Assembly: GCA_026936335.1 (NCBI GenBank)
Contig: JAPMXV010000061.1
Location: forward strand, 1-64,000
Reading direction: 5' to 3'
Source of the DNA: Mantamonas sphyraenae STR306
Lineage: Eukaryota > Protista > CRuMs
Length of the DNA stretch: 64,000 bases
A model generated the notes under the pieces. The model searched no databases. It saw only the letters and a program-made list of their open reading frames with translations, and was not told the DNA's origin. Positions 12,601 to 24,118 of this stretch are shown here, piece after piece. Positions within the stretch are counted from its first letter, which is position 1; each line of letters begins with the position of its first letter. The translations under genes were made by a program, and so were the position numbers.

Positions 12601-15103
12601 GTCAACGCTATCAACGTCACCACAGAAATCCCCACGCATACCAGCAATACCTGTCGCAGTGTCACCAGAGATTGCTCTGGTTCGACTCGACGCTTCGAGC
12701 AACCAGTCCATGCCGCGCCAAGCGCGCACGTAGAGCGTGAAGACGCTCTTGCGCAAGCGCGGCCTCTCGATCCTTGTTGTTGTCGCTCCTTCGCCGCCCA
12801 CCCTCTCTACTGACATCGTCTCTTGAAACCTCCAACTCATCCTTGCTTTCGTGACTGCCTTCACCGCCCTCCCGGTCCAACGAGAAGGTCACTTGCAGAT
12901 GGGAGCGTCGGTTCCGCGAATTCTTGTCCTTCAACGCGCTGCTTCTCCGGCTACTTGACGACGATGAGCCTGTCGATGATCCTACTCCGCTCCCACGGCT
13001 ACTCGCGTCCGCCGCCACCGTGTGCACGATTGCCAACGGCGACCCCACGGCTGGTGCTGTTCCTCTCGCTTGCGACCTGCGGCGACGCTGCTGTTGACCT
13101 TGCGATGCATGGTTACCCTCCACAGCCACCAAGAGCACATGTTGGTGCTCCAGCCAACGCAGAACGCAAGGAACCTCTCCACACGCAAGCATCGGGAGCG
13201 CAAAGTTTCCCACAGCAGCTCCCTTTCGCCGAGCCTCTTCGACCACCTTGCGCACCTCCTTAGCCCCTTCATGTGTGGCCTGCAACACCTTGTTCACAGT
13301 ATATCCATGCACTGCCATCGGGTCCAGCTGCTCCTCTCGGCACCACACAGAGATCAGGTGGTTCCACGCGTCCAACCGCAATGCCCCGGCCTCATCCGAC
13401 GCGAACGCCAGCACCAGGTGTAAATTGTACAGTAATGGATCTACGTGCATCCCTACCCGCATGATCCCGTCCTCCAGCGCTTCACCGCTGGCCAGAACAA
13501 GTGTCAGCTCTCCCTCTGCAGACAGGGCAGCAAAAAGCCGCTCCTGCTTCAGCATTGCGGTCCAATTCACTACATGCCCCACCATGAGCATGTCAAATCT
13601 CGCATGGACCACATCTGTGCTCTTCCAGTCCATCACACGTTCGCTCTCCACTGCCACAACCTTTCCTTGGCCGTCCACCAGCATCGACGCCACACTCCGC
13701 CCCAGACCTGCATCCTGCCTCCTTCGTGCCTCTTCAATCACCTCCAAGTGATCTGCTTTCATCACCAACTTCAACGACACTCCGTCGTTTGCCATCACCT
13801 CTTCCATGAAGCGCCCGTATGCCCGGAATACGCGCGACACTCGCGGAAACCTCTCAATCATTGCCAGGTACTTGGTCCGTGTCTGCCGCTGACCCACCAC
13901 AATATCCTTCATCAAAGACTCTGATCCAGCCATGTCCACTTCTGCGTGCACATGCATCGACCAGAACCGCTTCAGCAACGTCAGCGTGTGCACATGCCTC
14001 ATCTGTGCCATGGACATGCACGCTTGAAGTCGCATCTGCAATGCCGCGTCCGACACAGTTGTCTGGTCATCCATAGCCCGGACGTGCTCCAGCATGATCA
14101 GTACCGCCACATCCGCCCGCGGAAAGAGTTCGTACAGACTCGCCAGATCTACTGTGCTCTTGCCGCTGCAAGCAACCTGTGCTCTGTGGTAGCACAGCCA
14201 CAGGTATGCACTGTCCCTGTACAATCCCAAGGCACTCCTGAAAAAGTCCACGGCATGATGGCTTCCCAGCCCAAGCGAACGCGCCACAATCTCAACCTCA
14301 AACACAGACTGAAAACTCACCTGCAGGCCATTGACAACGAGTACGCTGTCAAACCGATCTGCATGCACCCAATACTCGGCCCCACTGTCCTCATCATCGA
14401 GGCTTCCCGCCAGGGGCAGCTCAAAGTTTCGCTTCCACACGGTATCTGCTCCAATCCACCCCAACACCGTACCCACGCCCGTGGAAGCCGGCCACACTAG
14501 CCATACCACCACGTTTACCTCTGACGACACTGCAGACGCCGCCACCGTCCCAAACAGCCCTCCACACGTCAGCGCCATGGACAGCTTGTTTGAAGTCTTT
14601 GCGTAAAAAGGCATCATGTAGCGCTGGGTCACCAGGTAAACAGACAATAGGGCCACATACGTGATTGTGTACCAACGAGCACTCATTGTGTCATCCACCA
14701 AGCCGCCCAGCCTTGACACCGCAACGATGGCCAGCAACGACCTCACCACAAACCACAGCGCCGCCATCCTTCCATGAGGTTGGGCTGCCGCAGAGTTTGA
14801 CATTGGGTGTGTCTCACACCCAATCAAATTCCACACCAGGCCCATCAAAAAGAGCAGCACGAAACACACCCAGCTCGTCTCTGTATCATCCACCAGCAGC
14901 ACACACGCCATCGGCATGTACAGCAGATGCACAGCCACAGGCAAGCTCCACCTCACCAATTGCACAGGCCACATCAGCACAAAGTGCTGCCGCCATGCTG
15001 AAGCAAACGTGTACGTCACCAACGTTGCACACAGAAGCACAAATGCCTGCACCCATCCAGCCAGATCCCCAGCCACCGGCAGCAACAGCAAAGCGCGCAT
15101 CAT
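9645..15103 (-). CDS. TmcB/TmcC-like multi-TM PAS-domain protein with C-terminal TauE/SafE-like transporter domain; frameshift at ~12667
   Basis: N-terminal TM bundle with PMSNSAAAQPHGR and MMPFYAKTSN; TPR-like RTKYLAMIERFPRVSRVFRAYGRFMEEV; PAS-like segment; GSSTGSSSSS linker; TM repeats ending LFVLLMMP; then ~300 aa with many TMs including TMTLYEGRAIVEAMPTTMCALA. Confidence 0.7.
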
Positions 15104-15935
15104 TCTCCCTCTCACCACCGAATCTCCCTTCTCTGCAACCCCCAGCACACCTGTAGGGGCCCCTTTTTGTGAGTTCGGGTCGCTCTGCGCGCAGAACGCG
15201 GAAAGAGAAAACGAAGAAAAAAAAGAAAACCACAACGTTTCGAAACACGCCCCATGGCGATCACCGACCATCTGACACCATGCACTTCACTCCACCTCAC
15301 CATGCAGACGGTTTTGCATGTGCAAATCACCCTTTCCCATCCGATAACACAGGCTCGAGGCCCTGGGGCGGCGTCCTGGCGAAGTGGCAAGCGTCGAAAA
15401 TTGTTCCCCTTTTCTGCGTCACGTTCCCACCCCCAGCGACTGCAACCGAACCCTTCCACGCCGTTATCGCAGCCCACAGCGTCCTCACACATGCTCGACA
15501 CGGTCTTCTGCCTCCCTCCAAGTGAAATTCTGCCCTGCTCGCCATGAACAACGCCCTGTAGAAACGAAGATTTTCACCCGGAATCGCTTCTGGACCACCG
15601 CCCTCATCATGCACCGACCGCATCATCATGCAGCCCCATCCCATCCCCAATCATTCTTCAGCACTAACCTGCGGGTTCCAGCAGAGCCATTGTCTGCAGA
15701 TGCTCCAACACCATCGCCAGCACGACCACGAACGTCCACGGCTCCACTTGGTTCTTCACCAACAGCCACATCGTCCGCCCCACAGCTGCACGCACTTTCC
15801 TCTGCCACCAGGGCAAGTGTATCTCCCACGTCTCCAGATCATGGTCACTCCGAAGCCCTTCCATGTGACAATGAATTTCCTTGCTTGCGGCAACGCCTTG
15901 CCCGCTCTTCCACGCACACAAACCAGCCCCTCACC

Positions 15936-17693
15936 ATGCAGGACCCACTGTGGCTCCTGGAACACTCCCCATCTCTTTCCCGAATAGAACTTCACGCCTA
16001 CTGGGCCTGTGCCACCTTCTATGCCTTTGCCATCGGCTACTGGGGCTTCCACGCAATCACCGTCGTCCTCACCGTCCTTTTCCTCCACCTTCTCCTCTCA
16101 GCCCCCACCTGGAAGTCCATCCAAGAAGCCCGCCGTGCCAAGAAGCGCTACCAAGACAACATGCGCAAGGTACATAGACCCCCCGTTCCCCCACTGCCTC
16201 TCTGCCTCCCGCTCGCCGCTCCGTCTTTCTCACAACACTCCTCCCCGCCCTCCCCACAGGTTGCCTTTGACACAGACACCGGCGCCGTCAACATCATCCT
16301 CCGCAAACTCTTTCAGACCCTCACCTCCCCGGCCAACGAGGCCGCCACCATGCGCTACCTCGAGGAAACCCTACTCTTCTACAAGCTCGATTGGATTGTG
16401 CGTCCCCCACCTCTCCCATGCCCATCACCCCACCACACCTTCTTTGGCCCTCACACCATCCCCCCTTCCCCATCCCCATTCCCACTCCAGAAATCCATCT
16501 CCGTCGACTCTTTCTCCTTCGGAACCATTCCCGTCCACGTCGACTCGGTGAAAATGTTCAAGTCCACGCGCGACATTGTCCTCGACGCAGAGATCCGCTA
16601 TGCAGGCGACGTCAAGGCTACCATATCTGTCAACGTCGGCAAAATCAACGTTGCCTTCCATCTCTCAGACCTCATTGTCGAGGGCCGCCTCCGCATTTGC
16701 GCCAGCCTCATGCCCGACGCCCCGTACCTCCGCCGCCTCACCTGCGGCTTCCACCCAGACCCGCGTGTCTCTGTCACCACAAAGACCGTCAACAACTCCC
16801 TCAACCTCTTTGAAGTGCCCCTCCTCAAGACCTGGCTCACCGAAATGATCACAGACAACCTCCTCTCCTGGTACATCCTCCCGTACACCTACAGCGTTGA
16901 CTTTACCGACACCGACTCCCATGCTCCCAAAGACGACGCAGAACCGTCAACCCACTCCTGGACCCTCATCCAGCGCCACAACTCGGTCGACTCGGTCGAC
17001 TCGGCCTCCTCCATGCCCAGCGTCCGCAGCCTCCCTGCGGACACGCGCCGCTCTTCTCTCCGCCACCGCACACCCCGTGTCCACTCTGACGACTACTTCT
17101 ATCCATCCCCGCCCACCTCCCCATCCACTGACGCACGCAACGCCACTCCTATCGAGATGGCCTTTGGCGTCGACATCCCCTCACCCACCTCCTCATCCTC
17201 CGCATCCTCCTCATCCTCCGATGTACAAAGCACCTCCTTCTTCAAGCGACTCAGCGAGAAACTCGAAGACAATGTGCGCCGCCTCCGCAACGAGGACAGC
17301 AAAGATGTCAACGAAGAGGTCATCAAGGACCTGCCCGAGCTCGTCGACATTGCTGCTCGTCTAGACATGCTCAACGGCCATGTCGACGAGATGGAGCACA
17401 TCCTCGAGCGCATGGCCGTGCTGGATCCGCAGTCCAAATCCTACGACGTCGTCTTTGCTCGCCTACACGACGACTTTGACGTCCACCACAGCACACTCAC
17501 AAAAAGTCTGGCCACCATCGACGACAACCTGCACAGTGTCACCTCACACATCGGCAAGATCCCCCTCGACTTTCTCCAGGGGCTTGGCGACGAGCTCAAC
17601 ACACGCACCCTCCGCAAATCTGCCGACCGCTACCGTGGCCGTCTCAAACTGCTCCTCGCCCGCCTTAAGGAGCAAGAGGAAAGGGAGTGGTGA
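15936..17693 (+). CDS. SMP (synaptotagmin-like lipid-binding/TULIP) domain membrane protein with C-terminal coiled coil
   Basis: N-terminal hydrophobic hairpin; SISVDSFSFGTIPVHV...LSDLIVEGRLRI...PDAPYL...NLFEVPLLKTWL...YILP matches the SMP pattern. In-frame introns 16170-16259 and 16398-16490. Confidence 0.8.
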   Translation: MQDPLWLLEHSPSLSRIELHAYWACATFYAFAIGYWGFHAITVVLTVLFLHLLLSAPTWKSIQEARRAKKRYQDNMRKVHRPPVPPLPLCLPLAAPSFSQHSSPPSPQVAFDTDTGAVNIILRKLFQTLTSPANEAATMRYLEETLLFYKLDWIVRPPPLPCPSPHHTFFGPHTIPPSPSPFPLQKSISVDSFSFGTIPVHVDSVKMFKSTRDIVLDAEIRYAGDVKATISVNVGKINVAFHLSDLIVEGRLRICASLMPDAPYLRRLTCGFHPDPRVSVTTKTVNNSLNLFEVPLLKTWLTEMITDNLLSWYILPYTYSVDFTDTDSHAPKDDAEPSTHSWTLIQRHNSVDSVDSASSMPSVRSLPADTRRSSLRHRTPRVHSDDYFYPSPPTSPSTDARNATPIEMAFGVDIPSPTSSSSASSSSSDVQSTSFFKRLSEKLEDNVRRLRNEDSKDVNEEVIKDLPELVDIAARLDMLNGHVDEMEHILERMAVLDPQSKSYDVVFARLHDDFDVHHSTLTKSLATIDDNLHSVTSHIGKIPLDFLQGLGDELNTRTLRKSADRYRGRLKLLLARLKEQEEREW

Positions 17694-17761
17694 ACAAGAA
17701 ATAGCCCCAACAAAGTTCTTTCCCGCGCGACTTCCGTCCTTCTCCCCCATTCATCTCCCAT

Positions 17762-18184
17762 TCACGCACTCTCCACGTCCATTCCGCTGCTCGAACCACC
17801 CTCTGCCTCGCTTGACCCCTCTGCGCCTGTGCCTTCGCCCCGCTCTGCATCCGACGCCCCTCCACCATACCCCTCTGTGTCCCATACCGCGCGATTGCGA
17901 TTTGTGGCCACCTGGCCCACCTTTTGTGCCAGATTCACCTTCAGTGTGCGCCCAAACATCTCGCTGTCGTTCATGTTGTCGATAGCCTCCCGTGCGTCTT
18001 CTGCCAGATCAAACTCGACAAACGCAAAGCCCTTGTTCGCCTGCGTCCGCTGGTCAATCGGCACTTGCACACTCCGCACGTCTCCAAACGGCACAAACGC
18101 CGCCAGCAGCACCTTTTCCGTCACGCTCTCCTCCAGTCCGCCTACGTACACCGTCCGCTTGCCCTGGTCAATCTCGTCCGCCAT
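17762..18184 (-). CDS. RRM protein of cyclophilin E (PPIE) type, RRM only
   Basis: KRTVYVGGLEESVTEKVLLAAFVPFGDV...KGFAFVEF...EAIDNMNDSEMFGRTLKVNLA closely matches the PPIE RRM. No cyclophilin domain follows. Confidence 0.9.
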   Translation of the reverse strand: MADEIDQGKRTVYVGGLEESVTEKVLLAAFVPFGDVRSVQVPIDQRTQANKGFAFVEFDLAEDAREAIDNMNDSEMFGRTLKVNLAQKVGQVATNRNRAVWDTEGYGGGASDAERGEGTGAEGSSEAEGGSSSGMDVESA

Positions 18185-18236
18185 GTCCGTCCCTCTGCGC
18201 TGGCCCAGCCAGCGCGCTTCTTCTCCCTTTGTTCCC

Positions 18237-19493
18237 ATGTCCCAGCGCCGCTCTCTTGCCCAGCAGGGCAAGTCGGACACCTTTTCCATGCAGGCCTACG
18301 TCATGATGCCTCCCTCCTCCGTCGTCACAAACTCCTCTGCCTCTCCTGCTCGCAAGCCCCGTGCCGTTCTCCTCAAGCTCCCACACAGCACCCTCGACAC
18401 ACTCGTCCACGCCGCTGCTGCCGACCCACACGCCCACTGCCAGCTCGCTCTCTCCAGCGCAGGAGACGTACGTGTCCCTCTGCCATCTGTGTCACGCCCA
18501 CGGCCCCTTTGCTTACCCGTGATTCCCTTTCCTCACAGTCTCTCCTAGCAGGTCACGACGCTTGTCCGCTCCAGTCCCAGGCTCTCGGCGGCGTCCAGAA
18601 GCTGTACAAGCGCAACGGCACCACCTACTTTGAACTGGCCGACGTCCACGCTCGTTTTGCCGGTGTAGCATTCCTCTCCACTCTCCGCAACATGGTCAAA
18701 GACACCGCCCAGCAGCTCGAAGCCGAAAAGGCTGCCCACACGTACGTGACCCACACCCCTTCTCCCCTCACCCCCTCTCACCCCTCTCTCATCCTCCTCT
18801 CACCACCACCCACCCTTCCCATAGCTCCACAGTCCTCAACGCAAAACAAGCTCGCCAAGTCGAACGCAGCTCCAAGAAGCGCACGAGTACGTCGACAACC
18901 CTCGCCACCACCAACCAAGCCCCCCCCCCCCATCCCCCCACCCTCACCTCCCCCACCCTCCCCCTTCCCCTCCACTTCCCCCCCCCACAGCTCTTTCCAT
19001 CCCAAACTCCACCACCCCCCCAAAGGCCCAGCTCGCCGCTCCATCCCGCCCACCAAAGCGCAAGGCCATCACCCTCGCACAACCACACAAGACGGAAATC
19101 CTAGACACAAAACGCCAGCGCGTGCAACCTACCCCTACTCCGCTTGGGGTCGAACCCAGCGAGGACAGCGAGATGCGCCGCAGAGATCACGGCAACTTTA
19201 CAGGCCCCTTTGCAAACACCCAGGCCATGGAGGCCTACCACAGCCGCTTCAACGAAAAGTACGACCGTCTCAAGAAGCTCGAACGCCGCCTGGGCGAAAC
19301 CTCCGCCGCGTTTGCCAAACGCCACGCAGACTACTCCCGCGCCGCCCTCCGCGACAAGACCTCCCACGCTCGCGCCATCCATCAGCTCTTCCAACGCGAG
19401 CAAGCACGCTTCGAACGCTGGAAAACAGAGTACATCTTCCTCGCCACCGAGTGCAAAGCCATGCTCAAGCGCCTCGAGCAACACGCTCGCTGA
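18237..19493 (+). CDS. ELL-like RNA polymerase II elongation factor (C-terminal Occludin/ELL domain)
   Basis: Exons join via introns ~18468-18538, ~18742-18824 and ~18887-18990. N-terminal AVLLKLPHSTL; C-terminal FTGPFANTQAMEAYHSRFNEKYDRLKKLE. Start could be 18237 or 18288. Confidence 0.6.
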
Positions 19494-19495
19494 CC

Positions 19496-20100
19496 TCAGA
19501 ACAACGCTTCGCGCTGTCCGCGAATCCTCCTCGCCAGCTGGATGTCCTTTGGAAACAATGTCACTCGCTTCGCGTGAATACAGCACAGATTCGCATCTTC
19601 AAACAGGTGCACCAAGTACGCTTCGCTCGCCTCTTGCAGCGCTGCCAGCGCCTCGCTCTGCCACCTCCACTGCTTGTCGTCCCTCGGCGTAAACTTTTGT
19701 GTCACTTCTTTCACCTGCACATCGCCCACGCGTCCACCCATCCGCCTCTGTGTCAGTGCTCCACAAAAATCCGCGCCCCGTCCGCCTCCCGCTCTTTCCT
19801 CTCCCCACATACCAGCCGAGCAAACGGCAGCCTTCTTATCAGCAGATCTGTGCTCCGCTGCAACTTGCGCACTTCACGCACCCACGCCAGATTTGGCCTG
19901 TATCGCTTCGGCTGAGGCCGAGCGATCCCCTTGACGTTTGCCGCCAAAACTGTGCCCCGCCATCCGTTTCACGTCAGCCCTCAGCCCACGCCTGCACTCC
20001 ACGCCCCATCCTCTCCCATGCCACGCCTCCGCCTTTCTCATCACCTACCACGGCCCCCTGCTCGTTTCGGCACCGCACTATTCTGCTGCCTTTTGACCAT
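19496..20100 (-). CDS. CENPA: Centromeric histone H3 variant (CENP-A/CenH3)
   Basis: Histone fold [22 protein letters not shown]|[23 protein letters not shown]...[20 protein letters not shown]. Extended loop 1, W in place of F84 and a non-H3 N-tail fit CenH3. Introns 19950-20048 and 19715-19812. Confidence 0.88.
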
Positions 20101-20302
20101 CGGCCGCGCCTTTTTCCTTTTGGCCAGCCATCGCCACAGCACCCCAACCTTGACCACCGACTCATCAAACGCACCCTCCTTCCCTCCCTCCTCACTTCCT
20201 CCCCCTCTCCCTTCCTCTCCATTCCACCCACCATCTCCCAGCCTCCCCACGCCTCCCCACTGCCACCCCTTCCCTTCCTGACCCACCTCAAACCCACTCA
20301 CC

Positions 20303-21090
20303 ATGGTATGTACGCCCGACCAACACAACCTCGGTGCTTCATTGCCTACTGCCCCACCGTTTTCGCTCGCATTCTACGCTTCCTGGTCCCTCTCCCTGCT
20401 CGCCTGCCCGTCCTGACACGCGCGCATTTTTCACCCTCCCACCTTCCGCCGCCCCGCCCGCGTAGTCTCTCAGCGACCGTTTTGAGCAGCTGCAGCAGAA
20501 GCGCCCGCGCGCCGGCCGTGGCCCCAAGCCCCAGCCCACTGGTCAGGCCTCTCGCCGTAGCCCGCAGGTCCAGAAGCAGCGCCGCAACCAGCAGGTCAAC
20601 CAATCCCGCAACCGCAACGGCGGCTCCTCCTCGTCCAGCTCCCGCAGCAACGGCCGCAACAACAACAACAACAACAACGGCCGCAACAACAATGTGTCTC
20701 AGAACCAGTCCGGCCGCAATCGTCGCCGCAACAAGAACCAGAACCAGAACCAGAGCCAGGTGCAGGGCGGCAAGCGCAACAACAACAACGCCCCCAACGC
20801 CAAGGGCAAGGCCAAGGCCAAGAAGCCGCAGCAGCCCAAGGAGAAGGCCCTCACCGAAGCTGAGCTCAACGCCCAGATGGAGGCCTACCGCATGAAGGAC
20901 CCCGAGTACGCCAAGCAGAAGCTCGACGCCGAGATGAAGCGATACAAGGAGGAGGCCGCTGCCGCTGCCGCCGCTGCAAGGAGGCCCAGGCCCAGGCCGA
21001 AGAGACGGCTGCCAACGCCGACGACGCCGACGACACCAACGCCGACGAAGAGGCCGACGTCGCCGAGGAGATTCCCGAGGACGACGAGTA
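20303..21090 (+). CDS. CHTOP/FoP-like RNA export protein (C-terminal FoP duplication motif)
   Basis: ATG|intron 20306-20465|SLSDRFEQL (compare CHTOP MSLNERF); LTEAELNAQMEAY...KLDAEMKRY. A missing C at ~20977 restores the acidic tail ending EEIPEDDE* at 21090. Confidence 0.75.
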
Positions 21091-21221
21091 GGTCGCTCAT
21101 CCAATCCCTTGTCCCCCCCCCCTCACATCAACAAAAGAAAAGCACGCACATTCATCCTGCCTACCCATCCATCCCCATCCATTCTTGCCCCCGCCCATCC
21201 AACACGACCCACCGCAACCAA

Positions 21222-24118
21222 ATGGAGGACGAGTTTCTCCTCACCCTGCGTGGCTCGCCCACATCCGGCCAGGATGCACTCTCCCTCAACGCCTTTCACC
21301 AGAGACATGTCTCGCGTGGCGTCCGCAACTTTGAACTCCGTCCCGTCGAGATCCCGCTTGTGGAACGCCCATCCTCCTCCCGCACCTCGGCCGACGCAAA
21401 GCCCGACAAAGCCAAGTCCAAGCACCGCAAGCGCCGCAAGCCTAAGCGTGCCCAGTCCACCTCTCCTCGTTCGCCCCAGACCTCTCCTCGCCCAACCACC
21501 TCCTCCGGCCCTGCCTCCCGCAAACTGGTCACCCCGTTGGACTTTTCCTCTCTGCCGCAGCTCGAACAAGGAGAAACTGGCCCCCGCCGAGGCCGACCCG
21601 TCACCAGCAGTGGCGCATCGCAAGCGCGCAAACCCCGCCGGCCCGAAACAACCATCCATGTCTACGAAAACCACAAGCGCGGCCTCACCCGAGTCGACCT
21701 AAACGGAAACATCAACGCACCCATGCTCAAACTCACCATTGGCGGCCGCTCTGTCCTTCGCACCTACGATCGAGTCCTACGCAAGGTCGTCGAGTCCTTC
21801 ACAGGCGTCTCTACAAACTACAACACCAGCTGGAGCCTCTGCGAGATTCACACCGGCAGCCCCATCACCGAAGACGCCCTCTTTACCCCGGGCAACCCCA
21901 TCGACCTAGGTCGGTTGCCATCCAAATCCTTTCGCACGTGCCCATTCTTCATCCCACACCCCTCAGCCCCGTGTTTCCCTCTCCACCTGACCCGCACCAC
22001 ACCCCCCTTGGTCAACGGTCAGCACGTTCCTCGTTCCACTCACAAACTGCGCCCCGCACACCCCTGCACAGTCCTCGTGTACAAACAACAGGCCTTTCTC
22101 AGCGAGTACCATCTCACTGCCGACGAGCTCACCGATGTCGCTCGCCGCTGCATGACCTGTTCCAAGATATTCTGCGCTCAAGACGTCCTCGATCGCCAAC
22201 AAGCCGACTCCCACGATGATGAGGCCTACACACGCGGCGGCGACGACGACCACCAACACCGAGGCCCCGTTCTCCTTCCCATGACCCACATCCAGCGCAC
22301 CTCCTCCAGCTCCACCTCCAGCAGCGAGTCTCCGCAAACCTCCCCCCGCCGCGCAGACGATGATCCACAGGCCCTCAGCCCACGTGAGCGCAACGCACAG
22401 GTTCGCTCCCACCAACGCTCGCCTTGGTCTCCCCACAAAGAGTTTGAAACAGACATGGCCGCCGTCCACCAGCAACGCTACGCTCCCTACGACGCTCGCC
22501 GCGACCAGCATGCTCGCCGCAACCGACACGAACCCAAGATGAAGGACATGCTGCCCCACGCCCTGTTGACTCCTGAGGAACTCCAGCAGTCTGTCCAACG
22601 CATGTACACAGCCAAAGGCGCAGGCCGCCCGCCCAAGCGCCAGAAGCCCAAGCACAGACCCAAGAAGAAGAAGCTTAGCGCAAAGCGCATCGAAGCCATG
22701 GGCGAACGCCTCTCCAAACAACCCGAACGCAAGATTTCCGTCATCCTCGCCGAAGAACCGACCCCTCCCAGCTACACCCTTCCAGCAAGCGTCCTCAAGG
22801 CCAGCGCAGATCGCCTCAGCACCTCCTACCAGCACACCTGGTCCGTCCAAAGCGATGATCCCTACTTTGACCCCATGCCCGAGGCCCAACGCATGTCCCG
22901 TAGCTCCAGTGCTCGCTCGGGGCCACACAGCGGCCGCAGCAGCGCAGAGGTTCTTCACGCAGAGGAGGAGCGACGCAAGAAGGAGGAGCGCCACCGCAAG
23001 CGCCAAGAGGCTGAGCACAAGCGAAAGCAGGCCCAGCAGGCCCTCGATGACGCCAAGCGTGAACGCGAACAGCGCGAGCAGGATGCTAGAGCAAAGCGGG
23101 AGGAGAAGAAGCGCCAGCAAGAGATGCAAGAGCAGGAGGAAGCCAGCTTGCTGACTGCACAGGCCCATGACGACGCCACAAGCACCACAAGCGACCACAG
23201 TGCCTCCCGTGGCACATGGGTCAACATTCACGTGTACGAAAACACACGCGGTGGTGCAACACGCTACGATGCAAACGCAGACGGCCGTGGCCAGCCTGCG
23301 TTTTCCCTAAAGGCCGACCGCACCGGTCGTGCCAAACCCTTTGCCCAGCTCATGAAAGCTGCCGTCAAGCGCATGTTCAACACCGTCGCCACACGCCACT
23401 ACAAGCTCGTCACTGCCACCAAGGGCAAGCCCATCCGCAAACCCGAACAGCTACGCAACGACCTCGACGTCGTCCTCCTTCCCAAGGACGACGAGTTTGA
23501 CTTTGACCTCCACCTTGTCGGCGACGAACGCCGCAGCGTCCTCCGCCGCTGCCAGAACTGCGGCTGCCGCTTCTCCCAGCTCCAGCTCGACCAACAGAAG
23601 CGCCGTGGCCATCAGGACCTCTGCAGTTTCCACCCGGGCGCCCTGTACAAAAACGTCCGCACCATCAGCGGTCGCACCGTCTCCAACTACCTCTACGACT
23701 GCTGCCACGAAGACAAGGATTCGCCTCCGTGCACCACCCAGGATCACACCGGCGACGTCGATCTCCCGCTCTCCTTCGACTCTCTCGACGACCTCCCTTC
23801 TGCGCACGCCACGTCGCCCACCCACTCCCCCACACCATCCCCACCCCCACATACCACCACCACCTCCTCCTCCTCCTCCTCCTCCTCCTCTCCTCCTCCT
23901 CCTCCTCCCACACACAAGACCAAGCCGCCACCAAAATCCAAGCCCTCCACCGCGGCCGCACCGCACGCAAGCAACTAGCCACCCAATCCACCACTCAATC
24001 CACCACTCAATCCACCACAACCACAACCCTCACACAAGACGAGGCCGCCACCAAAATCCAAGCCCTCCATCGCGGCCGCACCGCACGCAAGCAACTCTCA
24101 TCCACGCGCAACACTTAA
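21222..24118 (+). CDS. Protein with two doublecortin-like+CxxC modules, coiled coil, CHORD/BTK-like Zn motif and two IQ motifs
   Basis: Repeated IHVYEN...HL..DE...V.RRC..C modules; CSFHPG...YDCC...PPC...H; intron 21910-22071. A frameshift in the (CCT)n at ~23890 leads into two copies of AATKIQALHRGRTARKQL. Confidence 0.65.
23912..24096 (+). repeat. ~65-bp direct repeat encoding a duplicated IQ motif
   Basis: acacaagac(c/g)a(a/g)gccgccaccaaaatccaagccctcca(c/t)cgcggccgcaccgcacgcaagcaact at ~23912 and ~24032. Confidence 0.9.

Noticed and set aside
15370-15450. tRNA-like A-box TGGCGAAGTGG
   Set aside because: No GTTCRANNC T-loop and no convincing acceptor or anticodon stems.
17762-18184. Truncated or pseudogenised cyclophilin E
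   Set aside because: RRM-only PPIE-type proteins are known in other eukaryotes, and this ORF is intact.
19496-20100. CENP-A gene as a marker of a nearby centromere
   Set aside because: Gene location says nothing about centromere position, and no satellite or gene-poor tract is present.
20694-23978. Single 1094-aa protein from the ORF track
   Set aside because: It is a fusion of two genes caused by a one-base deletion at ~20977; the upstream gene ends at TAG 21090.
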